A DNA stretch of 60,620 nucleotides, filler included, from Sphacelaria rigidula (Eukaryota): assembly GCA_964200075.2 (NCBI GenBank). It is 2 parts of 2 records of this genome, joined end to end, with 100 filler letters (N's around TTAATTAATTAA, not from the genome) between each part and the next. Parts side by side here need not be neighbours in the genome. Positions count along the whole stretch, not along the records: positions 1 to 30,296 come from CAXNAA020000065.1; positions 30,397 to 60,620 come from CAXNAA020000066.1. One strand, given 5' to 3'. A model generated the notes under the pieces. The model ran no database searches and was not told where the DNA came from. It saw only the letters and a program-made list of their open reading frames with translations. A program made the translations under genes and the position numbers. Of this stretch, positions 25,501 to 36,941 are shown piece by piece (the stretch's first letter is position 1; each line of letters starts with the position of its first letter).

Positions 25501-28500
25501 GCACATGTGAGTGCTTCAGCGGTTCCGATTCGTTTCACTATTCATGCCTCGGTCCGTCACCTTTGCCGATTGCTGCGCCGAATCTTACAGGTAGACGGTG
25601 TTGACGAGGTACAGTTGATTGTGACATCGGCGGATGAGGTTCGACCTCATGTGCAAACGGTGACAACGTACGCCGCCGATTTTGATGAAGTGCAGCTCAT
25701 CGAACTGGACGCCGACGACGTTGACGAGTGGCAGTATGCCTACACTGACGTTGCGCAAACGATATACGAAAGCCAGGTACGAGTCACTGGCGGTCAGGAC
25801 CAGGGTTCCGGGGATAGATTCAGGGATGCATGTTAAGAAGCGTGGACTGGGCTTGATATTAAAGCTCGGTCAGGGGTCGCGCGAAACTCTTGTAGTACTT
25901 AATGCAGCGGTCGGTAAAGTTTGGTACACCTGGGGAGTGTCCGTTCTACTTGAAGAGCATGCCATCATGTTCACGTGCCGTACGAAGCGGGATCGAGTGG
26001 TCCAGAGGTCTACTGCGTAGGCGTATGAAGATGAGCACTGTACAGTCAGTGTATGATGTATCTCACCCTAACACTTGATTACGGGCATTCATCACCTGGT
26101 TCCAGGGACACGTCGCGGCTCGTATGTAAGATGCATTCATCTTTGTACCTATATCCAAGCAGGCATCCTCTATCGATCACGTAGGAGAAGCACTGAATAC
26201 TTAGGAATTATCTTGCGACTTCAGTCCGTTTGTGGAGCTTACAGCTAGCCATCCCGGAACGAAGGAGACTGAACACGGTGGTGACGGATACGTGTTCATT
26301 TTTAACTACCAAGGGTTGATATGTCTGCACGCTAACCACATGACGTGGAGGCAATTTGTATGCTACGGCTTAAGACATCATCCATCGAGCACTCTGTTAT
26401 AGCATACCAGCTGTGTTCCCGATACATTTTGCCCACAAATGCGAAAGCCTCGGGGCGCCTTGCGATTCATACGAACACTGCGCAAACAAAATCGCTTCTG
26501 GGTGTTATGTGTGTGGTTTGCGGGGTGTTTTCAGTTCCTCAGACGCATCTGATGTTTCCCTGTTTCCATTGCAGCCAGAAAATGCCATTTCTTTTTGTCA
26601 AAGTGTGCGATTCCCTCCAGACACGGCCCCGAGAAGGACGAAGGCTGGCTACAGCACACACACCTTTCGCAGGCGGTAAAGTCAGAACACTCCAAGCCCC
26701 CGAAATATTACTCTCAGAATGTGGCGGCAATGAATATCCACACGTATTACCGTATCCCTGTTGGCAGGTTTTGACCGTTTCTGCTACTCGAGAAGATGAG
26801 ATACAGCAGCTCGTGGTCACCTTCACCGGGAATACTTCGGATGGGGGAACACAAATTCTGTCTGATGCGACGACGAACGCCTTCGTCTCATTTACGTTCG
26901 ACAGCGGCAGCATGAACTGGGCCTGCACGGCTGCCTCCGAGACCACATTAGATGTAAGACGTCGACTTTACTTACCGAACCCTCTGTAAACCTTGTGGTA
27001 AATCATCCTGTGTGACACTGGATATGTGTATAGTACCATCAGTCGTTTACCTCATCGGTTGCTCAATCTAGTGAATGGAATACTCAGATAGGGAAGGTTA
27101 AGAGAAGCCCAGAGTTGTTTATTTACTCTCTCCTCGCGTGATTCAGCGCAAAACTACGTATGTACGATGTACACTCTTCAACGCAATACAATTCTCAGAG
27201 CCACTGTCTTGCTCAGGGAGTACCGTAACACGTGATACTATTCATCAGTGAACTTTACGAGTGATCCCAATAAGTCAACATCTGACGGGGCCAGAATCGT
27301 GAGGAACCATTCAAGCACAACCTGCCCAACTATGCAGAGTATGTGGCTGAACAGGTATAATGTTGCCGTGTACCTATATCCACGAAGTCGTCTTCTGCGA
27401 CATATACAGAAACTAGACTATCATAGTTTTCACAGTGCTGATAATATATATTTCCCTAGCTGTCGCCCTTATGCTCTCGATTGAGTATCCTCACGGGCTG
27501 GACCGGCCACGACCAAGACTGGACATCAAGCGCAAGCATAGTTGAACCGCATGGTGATACGAGGCACGACATTTAGCCATCATATGCACTTCAATACGTT
27601 GATATCTCTGCGTGATAAGACGTGCTGCGAGCAAGTAAAAAACTGCACGATTGTTTCGTATCAAGTATGTATACGCCATTACATCAATATGGTGCAAGAA
27701 GTACATGAATATTTGATACGTGATTGTACGTAGATTTTGATTTTTTAAGTGATACGAGGTGAGTCTAACACTGCCTGCCAGAATTCACCACCGGGTTTTC
27801 CGTTTGATTGCATCGGTTTTTGTAGGTTACTGACTTTTCGGATGAGACCGCACTGACGACTGCGCTCGAAGCTCTGTCCAATATCGACAATGTAACCGCC
27901 ACATTCGAGTCAGAGGTCACCTTCTCCGACTCTACAGCTGGTACAATGGAGGTCCGCTACAATATCACGTTTAACGGTGATTGCGTCCGGGGCAACGTTC
28001 CTGTTGGAGATTTCAGCGCATCTTGCTATGCGAGTGCAACTACGGCACTTTCCGACGTGGATTGCAGGTCAGTGTCACAATAATTCGTCACCGTCAAAGT
28101 TTATTCCGTTACTGGTTGGTTAGCCATTGTGTTGCGGATATTTACCGATGCGCCAGTGTGCAAATGAGCTCAACACATGTTTTTTACTCACTCTTCGTCC
28201 CAATCAACCCACAAGTCAGGGGTACCCAAGCCACCACACAAACATGGCAGTCCTGAAGTTCATTACACGGAATCGGATACTCCCGGTAACGCTCACCACG
28301 CGAACTCATACCAGAGCACAGCTACTTATATTTTTTGCTCACTCGAGATACAACCTTGACGGACTTTGTCGGAATAATTCAATATATGATATTCCATCAA
28401 CGCGACGTTTCTCTTCCTTCCCCCGGCTTGGACTGTGTCCTCTGTTGCTCTCCAAAATACGGCGCATCAGCCTCACAACCCTCGTGGACGGTAACGAGCC

Positions 28501-29438
28501 GGAGGGCTCATTCTACCTGACCTACTATTGCGAAGCTAGCGTCAACGCTACTACGGCGAACGTCACGCAGAACAGCAACGTACTTCAACTCAACGAAACT
28601 GCGAAGGTAATCCCTTCAACGACACCGGGAGGCTACAGACGACACTTCAATCCTCCTAGGTTTTGAATCCCAGAAGATCAACGTACGCTATTACGATAGT
28701 GTCAGAGAGAAACACTGCTCGATTTCGTGTTCAATCCGCGTAGCTTTTTCGAACACATTTACCTCGATCGTGGGCGCTCTGGATATTACCTCAACCTACG
28801 CCCACAAGATGTTTTGGACCCAGTTCACTATGCTACTTGTATGACTTCATTACTCCTTTCTCATGATGTAAGGACGGCTTCAAGTTCAAACCGCCCCTGT
28901 GGTATGACGGGTATCACTTCATCTCCGTGCGGGGAATACACCCCCAGAGTACCGTTGGTCTCACATCTTGATCATGTTGATGTCCTACTGCACCTTCTGG
29001 CGTCGTAATATTGGGATGGACTACTGGGTATTTCAACAGGCATCGAGCGCGTCATTCCCGGAAATGCTACCTTTGTGCCCATACGTTACCCCCGCCGCCT
29101 ATCGTCGAATGACTCAGGTCGGAGATACCCTTCGCATCAATACCATCGGGGGTGCTGAGGGCGGACTCCTAACAGACTGGGAGTACGTGACTATCGAAGC
29201 TGCAAACGGCAGCGAAATGACTGCATCGTCCACTATTTCCGCAGCGACGGGTGTGTACTACGCCGAATACGGTGATTTCTACTCTGGGCCAGAAGAAGAC
29301 TATGGTGTTAGCACCAACTGTCTGCAGGCGGACCCGGACTTTACCAACAACCCGCTTGATCACGACGTATCTAGTTCGGACCTGCAGGACGAGCTCCAGG
29401 GCTTGGCCCAGGTCAATAGCTCGGCTGGATGTCTTGAG
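1529..29438 (+). CDS. Giant multi-exon fibronectin type III / EVQ-module repeat protein (usually annotated titin-like in stramenopiles), partial at both ends, at least 5016 aa
   Basis: Manually spliced GT-AG exons joining in one frame: 1529-1702, 2104-2217, 2883-3014, 4645-4833, 5361-5474, 5728-5877, 7696-7857, 8350-8589, 9100-9276, 9665-9838, 10868-12199, 12563-15784, 16145-17164, 17473-17973, 18561-24836, 25591-25776, 26768-26953, 27826-28067, 28471-28606, 29118-29438 (15,048 nt). About 13 FN3 signatures (PxxP...WxxPxxxGGxxIxxYxVEWD ... LxxGxxYxVRVxAxNxxGxG), with FN3 motifs completed across junctions (e.g. LVPGT|AYFARVSA, ITAFQ|VEWD, GFK|VEWT). No start or stop seen; it ends before the scaffold gap. 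Confidence 0.9.
3961..4250. mobile_element. Interspersed repeat with (GATT)n end and A-rich body, copy 1 (possible non-LTR retroelement 3' end on minus strand)
   Basis: GATTGATTGTCGCAC...TAGACGTACC.AA...AACACTCGCT followed by A-rich sequence; homologous copies at ~18221 and ~39521. Confidence 0.65.
6661..7510. mobile_element. Old inverted-repeat (MITE-like) element in intron
   Basis: CAGTTTTGAGAGTTGTGCTTTGAAGTTTGATATAG (~6750) is an imperfect reverse complement of CATACCAAATCTCGAAGCGCAGCTCTCAAAACTG (~7390-7422). Boundaries approximate. Confidence 0.45.
10868..12199 (+). CDS. Large internal exon (444 codons) of the giant FN3/EVQ protein
   Basis: tttcag|GTG ... CAG|gtgaga; contains NLETGVDIYVRVSARG and NGAEIDRYHIEWDT FN3 motifs. 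Confidence 0.9.
12563..15784 (+). CDS. Large internal exon (1074 codons) of the giant FN3/EVQ protein
   Basis: tcgcag|GTT ... GAA|gtgagt; contains WESPLSDGGKSVTEYAVEWD and WDAPVSNGGHEITEYVVQWD FN3 motifs and several EVQ modules. Confidence 0.92.
18221..18510. mobile_element. Interspersed (GATT)n-ended repeat, copy 2
   Basis: GATTGTCGCAC...AAGATAGACGTACCCAAG...AACACTCGCTAAGG plus A-rich tract, homologous to 3961 and 39521. Confidence 0.65.
18561..24836 (+). CDS. Very large internal exon (2092 codons) of the giant FN3/EVQ protein
   Basis: cgttag|GTG GAA TGG ... CAG|gtgaaa; uninterrupted 6.3-kb frame with multiple FN3 and EVQ modules. Confidence 0.93.
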
Positions 29439-29544
29439 GTATACCTTAATAAAAATATGTTTTCAGGTCACGTCTGATACATTCGAAAATCGCCAGTTGG
29501 ATGTACTACAGTTGGTGCCTGTCCAGTGTAGCAACTGATGGGGA

Positions 29545-29795
29545 CTGATGCCCCGACAGCCCCCGCCAGAAACATGGCTGGCTTGAGAAGATCAATTCTA
29601 CACGTGAATCAAAATTGCAAAAGCCGGGCGCACCGAGTAGCTGCGAACTCTTACGCTTAGGATCATTTTCGCCAATGTCACCCATATGAGGCACATCGTG
29701 CAGACTAAAACCAGCTATCATGCGCTGTATGACCATTTTCTTCGTGGCCGTGTGGAGGCCGGTTTGGGGGAGGGCTATGGGGCTACGCGGTATCA
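29545..29795. mobile_element. Diverged copy of ~260-bp MITE family
   Basis: Shares core TTTTCGCCAATGTCACCCATATGAGGC and flanking similarity with copies at 29997 and 37251. Confidence 0.55.
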
Positions 29796-29996
29796 CTGTG
29801 TAGTTCGCCTCCCGTTTCAGTTCGTCTGACTTCTTCGTGTTTTTCATTTGGTTGTTTGACAGTCACCCTGCACTACCCGATGAGCTGTTTTGGATCCATG
29901 TTCAGGCATGAAAGTGCCTTGGATCTTTTTCGACAATGCGACATGGATTTTCCGTCAACTAAACCTCATTTCAAGGTTGCTCTATGAGCCATTTTT

Positions 29997-30231
29997 GACA
30001 CTTTCTACGATAGCCCCCCCCCCCCCCAAAGCGCCTGGTTTGGGGAGGCGAAATGTTCACGTAAATCGAAATGGAAAAGGCCGAGCACAACGAACAGCTG
30101 GGAATTCCCACGCTTGGGTTCGTTATCGCCAATGTCGCCCGTATGAGGCCTTTCATGCAGCCTAGACCCAAACAGCAGGTGCTGTAAGACCAGTTTTTTG
30201 GTGACACTTTCGGGCTGGTTTTGGGAGGGGG
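29997..30231. mobile_element. ~260-bp MITE family copy (right TIR truncated)
   Basis: ACTTTCTACGATAGCCCCCC...CAGCTGGGAATTCCCACGCTTGGGTTCGTT, closely similar to 37251-37512. Confidence 0.75.
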
Positions 30232-30296
30232 TTCTCATGATCATGCATGCCATAGTCATGAGACCATTGACCTCGCATCCCTACAAAGCGGGGACG

Positions 30297-30396
30297 NNNN
30301 NNNNNNNNNNNNNNNNNNNNNNNNNNNNNNNNNNNNNNNNTTAATTAATTAANNNNNNNNNNNNNNNNNNNNNNNNNNNNNNNNNNNNNNNNNNNN
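30297..30396. other. Artificial scaffold linker / assembly gap
   Basis: 44 N + TTAATTAATTAA (stops in all six frames) + 44 N = exactly 100 bp. Confidence 0.97.
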
Positions 30397-30418
30397 CGGA
30401 ACGGCTTTTAATGTGAAG

Positions 30419-30455
<37 letters not shown>

Positions 30456-30456
30456 C
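30419..30456. repeat. (AAC)n microsatellite
   Basis: About 12 AAC units next to the gap. Confidence 0.95.
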
Positions 30457-30909
30457 GACTGTGAACATTACCATGCCATGCTCTCGACATCAAATAACGC
30501 TCTTGCGCTGCACCTCCCCATCTAACGGTGCAGACAGTAGACCTTTTTGTAGGCGGAAGCGGAACCTTTTCCCTCTGCTGCAGCAAAGGGAAGGTGAGGT
30601 TTGAGCCCGATCGTCTTATACTGATGAGTTTTTGTTGATGTGATCATTTTTTTCGCCATGTTGCTCATAACCTCTAAGCGTGTGAGACCCGTGGCATTCA
30701 TACCTGCGGCACTGCTGCCTATAGACCTCTGTCACTCGAGATCACACAACTGTGTGGACCCCTCCCATCATGGGCACATAGACTTCAGCAGCTTTACTTA
30801 TTCATGTATTAACCCTCAGCTGTTCACAGTATAAGAGAACAGGACCATAAGCTATCTCCACCGGAGTGGAAAAACCAACGCTACACATCATGGAGGTGAC
30901 CACTCACAG

Positions 30910-33900
30910 AGTCCACCGATCAGACCCGCAGACCCGCGATCCCTCAACCAGCCGTGAACGCCTACTAATTGTTCCACCTAGATAATGTTCTTAACCTAGG
31001 TAACAGTGGTGGCTAGAGTCTACAGCACCCCCAAAGGTCTTTTCAGTACCGACCACTTGTCAAATTAGAGCTTGACAAACTCAGACACCATTGTTGCCTG
31101 GTACTACCGTCGTTTACCGCATAGAAAAGTAATCCCCGACCCTGTTTTCGATAACAGCTCCATACAGGCTTGCCCCATTTCCGAACAACTCGCAAGATAT
31201 CCAGAAACAGTCCACCACGAACACGCAATTCGCGCTACTTGCACCACTCCGAGTTACAAAGCGATAACTAGCGCCAAATTATCAAATATTTTCCCAAAAC
31301 AAGTATCTTGACTCCACATCGGCAGCCAAAACCTGAAACGTCAGTGAACGTCAATTTCCAAACGCATTCTTGACTAATCGTCTCGCTCATCCGAGACAGG
31401 GTACTTTCAATACACAAAAAGCACTCTTGGGACGTTCAACACCTGCGCAACGTAGTGCAACAGCCAAACAGTACATCATCCCCAAGCTAGTATGAAAAAA
31501 GAATCCAACATGTCTAAAACGCACCTTGCCTCTTGCTTGTTCAACTGCGCCAAAACGAGTGCACCGCACGCCTCTCCGTCGTAAAAGCTTCAAAGCTTCA
31601 TCTCGCCAATCAATCCATTAAGACAATCAAAGGAAAGCCATGACTCATTCTGCTACGCGTACTTAAGCCATGCATACCAATCCAACAACGGCAAACGGAA
31701 CTCGACCTCCGCCATCATTGATCACCCGTAGTGATCTCTTTCTCGAACTCAAGTTATCGAGCACCCCAGAAACCTCTCAGATATACCTCAGTCGGATTCT
31801 GGACCGTCATATCCCATCCGGGTATCAGCCGAAATGTACAAAGAATGAGTTTCTCAACACTCTTGCAGCCCATATGCACCGCTTCTTTCGCAAAAATGGG
31901 CACACCACTAACATGCTCCTTCTGAAAGAAGCGAGAGACCTTCCACGTGCTTGACTTAACACGTGACAATCCATAAAAACGTACGACCATCAAAAATCAT
32001 TGATGCATGCACGCATAATTTCTTTATCTTCAACCGCCGAAAACACTCATGTTACGCCTGCTCACATACAAACCTACCCATTTCGTAGTTTCCGCTCATT
32101 TTCGCGCCAACAGCAGCGATTCCCATCTCCTACAGTCAGTACATGCATATCGCACAAAGATAATTCCACTGTGTTCCTGCGCGAACAAGATTATCCTAGC
32201 TTCACTTCATTCAGCATACAGCAGTATGTTGAAAACTGCCTCACCCTGACTCTTCACCAGACACCAATCACATCTGTAAAATTCGAGCGACAAACTCACA
32301 CATGCATGCCAATGTTTCATCCAACACATGCAATGCCATCTTCTCAGCCGAAACCACCACGTATTATGCGTGCTAACCAGAGTAGCATAACACAGGGTTA
32401 CGAAACCCTTCGCGTGTACGCCGGCAGTTCCCCGAGCAAACGCAATACAATCACACTCGCTCTGCCGGCATGCTTCATGCGCAAGCAGCGGCACAAACAT
32501 GACCAGAAACCACACCACAACAACCTACAATCGTCCACAAAACGATTCAGGAGTACCAGTTATAATGTGTTTCCTCATTCTCAACAAGCACTCAATCATA
32601 CCGGCACTTTATCCTCAACATCACCCAACCTGGCGCTCACCACAACATCAACCGCCTCAGTTAACGCCTCACTTGTAGTCCTCCAGTCCGCTCCTGAGAA
32701 ACAACAGTGCTCGAACTACAACCTTGTGCACACCATAGAGCGGCATTTCCTCGCGAAAACTTGCTCCTTGCACCATCAGTCCAGCTACACCTGGCACCCC
32801 CACAGTGCCGCTCAGCACGCCACCAAACGGCATATTCGCACCGCCTAAGCAATGCGACAAATCCTCTGCCTCCCACAGATGCTTGCGCATTTACGAGCGC
32901 GCGTTCTCTAGTCGTTTTTTCATAGGAAACGAGAGGCGGAACGGGGGCAGCCGTACAGTCCCGCGCAGTAACACTTCCCGATGGAATCACATCATCATCC
33001 TCGAGTACCTGACCGGACACCAGCAGAGAAACCTACCCCAATCAACGCCGCCAAACACGCCAAACCTGTCCATGCAAACAGCAATGCATGCGACCACTCC
33101 AACCCACACAATGCTCGACGTCGCCGTCGGAATTGTGATCGGTAATAGTATCAGAAGCCTACAGCTCGCTTTGCGTACCCGCTTCACGCGGGTCGCATGC
33201 CCCTCCTGCTTCGATCATGCAAGGCGTGTCCACAGCTACCCGCTGCTCCGTCGGCAATTCCGCCAACTCGGCATCCACCTCTCCTTCACGCAGACACCTC
33301 CGGGGATCATCTGAACCATCTCCCGCCATATCGTTGGCGCAGATAGATTCGCCATGAGCACGGCGAGCCCCAAGCTCAACCTTCTCGCTCGCATTACGCG
33401 AAGAACACCCCCCAGCAGCTTCGAGCATGCGAGGCGTGCTATCAGCTACACGCTCCTCCGGCGGTAATTCCGCTGACGAGGCATTCACCTTTCCTTCAAG
33501 CAGACACCCCTGCGGATCGTCTGAACGATCTCCCGCCATGTCACTGGCGCAGAGATGTTCACCTTTTTCAACCGCAGTACCAGCGGCTGCCAAATCAGCA
33601 CCGACTGCTGTACTCTCACCGTTCTTGCTACCTTGTGTGTCTCTTCGGACAGACATATGCTTCTTCGCGCCCTTCAAAGTAGCCCCTCGTTGTTGCTCCA
33701 GCCGCGACGTCCGAATACTGCACGCTCAGCAGCCGCACTGTTGTGCCTGTCCCCTCGAACAGGCGTATGCTGTGTCGCCTTCTTGCCCGTCAAAGGGCAG
33801 GCAGCTGCCCCGCGTTGTTACTTCCGACGCGGACGAGCTCGTAGTACTTCACCTTTAGCGGGCGAATTGTTGCGCCTGTCCCCACGGACAGGAACGTGCT

Positions 33901-35062
33901 GTGTCATTTTCGCTGCCCTAAGAGTGCAGGGAGCTGCCCCGCATCGTTGCCTCAAACGCGCGGGTGTTCGAACCGCTGCACCCTCCACGGGCGCACTGTC
34001 TTGTCTATCCCCTCCGACAGACACATGCTGTGTGACCATTTCGACCGTCTCATTGTCGTGCACCACACTCAACTACGCATGAGAAGCATACTTGCGCAAT
34101 GCAACGAGCAATTTCTCGTGCCCAACATCATTCGCGCCGTTGAAAAACGGGTCACACAGACAGTCCTTAATATGTGCGGGCATGAGGTCAGAGACTGCTG
34201 GCTCCTGGAGAGCGTTCCAGCCTGCCTGGCGCGCATACGCTGCGCGCACCTCAGGAACGTAGTCCTCGTACTGCCCCAAAAACTGGGCAGATTTCTCACT
34301 CGAACACTGGCGACCGTAGTATGGCATGTCCAGAAATCATACACGGACAGCGCGACCCTCAAGAACAACATATTGTTGCGGCACACGGACAACATGACCA
34401 TCCACTGCGATATACTCCTTTACCTCGTACATTATGGTCAGCAATACAGCAGTCCAAACAGTTTTCTCTTTAAAACCGAGTTTGTCTCCCAATCAGAGGA
34501 ACAACTACCCTTCCCTTACACCAAGACGCACTGTGCCACCATACAACGACTACCACAACGCCTCTCTCTCACGGTTCTCACCACGTCTCGAAGTCCTCAG
34601 ATCCTCCTCTTGACTGTACCTGACCAAGCTTGGACCAGCCAATCCTCGCTGGCTTCACCAGGCAGTAATTGCGCCGCTTTTTTCGGATCGCCTACGGGCT
34701 CGCCAGCTGTCGATCCACCCCCCCCGCGCCCGACGCACGAGAGATCCCACAGCCCGCCCTAGCACTGCCTCAGAACCTCCTCGGCCCTGCTTCTCCAGCC
34801 CCCTGTCGACGTAGACACGCCGTGAGCTGGTCCTGTTTGCTTGTTTGCTGCAAACTGATCAGGCCTGCAGGCTTCGTCCTGTCTTGACGTGTCAGCTGCT
34901 TTCCAGCGGACCCATCGTCATATAACTGGCGGACCTAGTAGACGTTTAGTCCACCAATCAGACCCGCAGATCCGCGATCCATCAAGCAGCCGTAAACGCC
35001 TACTAATTGCTCTACACACATCATGTCCCTAACCTAGGTAACAATGGTGGCTAGAGTATGCA
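30910..35062 (-). mobile_element. Decayed LTR retrotransposon-like relic with short (~115-126 bp) LTRs
   Basis: Ungapped 115-bp direct repeats at 30910-31024 and 34948-35062 (about 85% identical by eye). On the minus strand both start with TG (TGTAGACTCTAGCC / TGCATACTCTAGCC), and GAAAAGACCTTTGGGGGTGC (PPT-like) precedes the downstream copy. The interior has only broken ORFs; no intact RT or integrase motif seen. Confidence 0.6.
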
Positions 35063-36189
35063 TGCCACGCACGTCAGCCGTGGCTTACCACTAGTTACTA
35101 TTACTAATATTTTTGATATTGTGATTATGACCTCTGCATGACCCAACCCGCTCACTAATAACTCCGGGCAAGTCAACCCGGACCGTCATCCCGGACCTGT
35201 CACCATGAAATCGTCATCCTCCAATCCCATGTCTGGGCTCGTCATACTCCTCGTCTGGGAGGCACCCAGTCCGGCTGCCCCCCACTCGGGCACTCTGAGT
35301 TCCAACCCTGTACCTTGCCTTGCAAAACCCGACCTGACCAAGTCCACGTCGCCTCTCTACACGCTCCGTACCATTTTACCGAGTGAGGAGCTACAACCTA
35401 CACACACCCACCTCTGGGTTAGATAAGTCACGCCCGCCGTCCGCAGATCTTTGTCTTGCATTATTTTTATATCATCATTATCATCATCATCGGCACCACT
35501 ACTGCTTTCGTCACCATCGCCATCATCATTGTTTTTCCCATTATTTCTGCACATTAGCCCGATCTCTCGAACCCGTGGTCACAGACGTAGGCTCGCCATT
35601 CCGTTATCGTCCCTGCCTTTCCTTATATGAGACAGAAGCGACCATTGAGCGGTTTCTTCTGGGGCAACATAAAAATACTCATAACTGATTCTTGTTTGCA
35701 GTTTAAGAAAAAAAAGGGTGGCAATAGGTCAGAGAACTTTCTCGGCTTAACAAAAACACAAGTTACGAGGAGAACTGGTGCTCTGTCGATCGATCAAATA
35801 AGATACGCCTGCCGTACGGCTTCACTTCCTTTTCGTACCTCACCCCAGTCCCACAAGCAAAAATGGAAACGACGAAGTCCATAACAATTCAATCATGAAT
35901 GGACATGCAAAAGCACTACAAGTAGCGCCATCACTCATTCATTATTTGAACCTCTTATTTCGCGTGAGACTCGAGTTGTCATCGCCTCTGTGGGCTACCA
36001 ATAGCCACTATATAAGTTTCAATGTGGGGTTCTTACTCCGGCATCACAATTTCAGCTCGATTTCTCAGATTTTGGAAACTTTGAGGCTCAAGCTTCCTTC
36101 ACTGCCAGGTTCTCAAGTGGTAGTGCTACCTGTACACCAGAAAATGAAGCAAATCGTTCGAGGTTATCCTCCATGTGCAAGATAATTAG

Positions 36190-36550
36190 TGTGTGTTATG
36201 TATTGCCATCCTATCTATTCTGGACGCCAGCCTACACCTTTCGGTATATGTGCTTGCCAAAACAGGAGGAAGGCCAACACAGGAGACATTTCTTCTTTTT
36301 TTGTTCTATATTAGTACTCTACCTTTCTTCTGCGGTGCTTGCCTCATTTTTCATCGCGAGAGGGGTTCAGCAGTCCCTTTCCCTCGTCGACTGTGAAGTC
36401 GACTTTTGTGTGCCCACTTCATAGTCGCTCTCCACCGTTGGGCATGATGTGAGAAAAAATCCCAGATCCTGTGACTGTACCGAGATTCGAACCCACGATC
36501 CAACCGTCAGAAGGTTTCGAGGCTACCAACTGAGCCACAGGGGCGACCGG
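36190..36550 (-). mobile_element. tRNA-derived SINE, copy 1
   Basis: Minus strand: GCCCCTGTGGCTCAGTTGGTAG (Pol III A-box) ... GGGTTCGAATCTC (B-box), a ~280-bp body shared with copy 2, and a CA-rich tail. Confidence 0.8.
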
Positions 36551-36941
36551 CTCATTGATGTACGTCTTGAATGCAACGAAGAGGCACCCGAAAAAGAAAA
36601 AAGAACACAGTATTTCGGGCCTAACAATCTTAGCAGGATGCAGCTCACCCTTCATGCGGCTCGCCAAACACATCACGGCGCTTCGCGCTTGGTGATGGCG
36701 AGCCTGGTCCGGCAAAAACCCGGCGCGTACGCATCCCCGCGCCATAGGGATGCGAGGTCAATAGCCTTATGACTACGACGTGCAGAATCACGAGTACATC
36801 ACCCCCTTTTCCAGCGAGCGTGCAAAAAGCCAACGGCACGCAAGATATCCATCGAGTTTCTCGGATACAAAAGCTCTACACATCGGGCTGCATGGCCGAG
36901 CTTTTTCTACTCACCGTCAATTGGATAATAAATGACCGTAC

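Noticed and set aside
36465-36550. tRNA genes at 36465-36550 and 41560-41637
   Set aside because: A/B boxes are present but no convincing acceptor-stem pairing; both continue into a shared SINE body.
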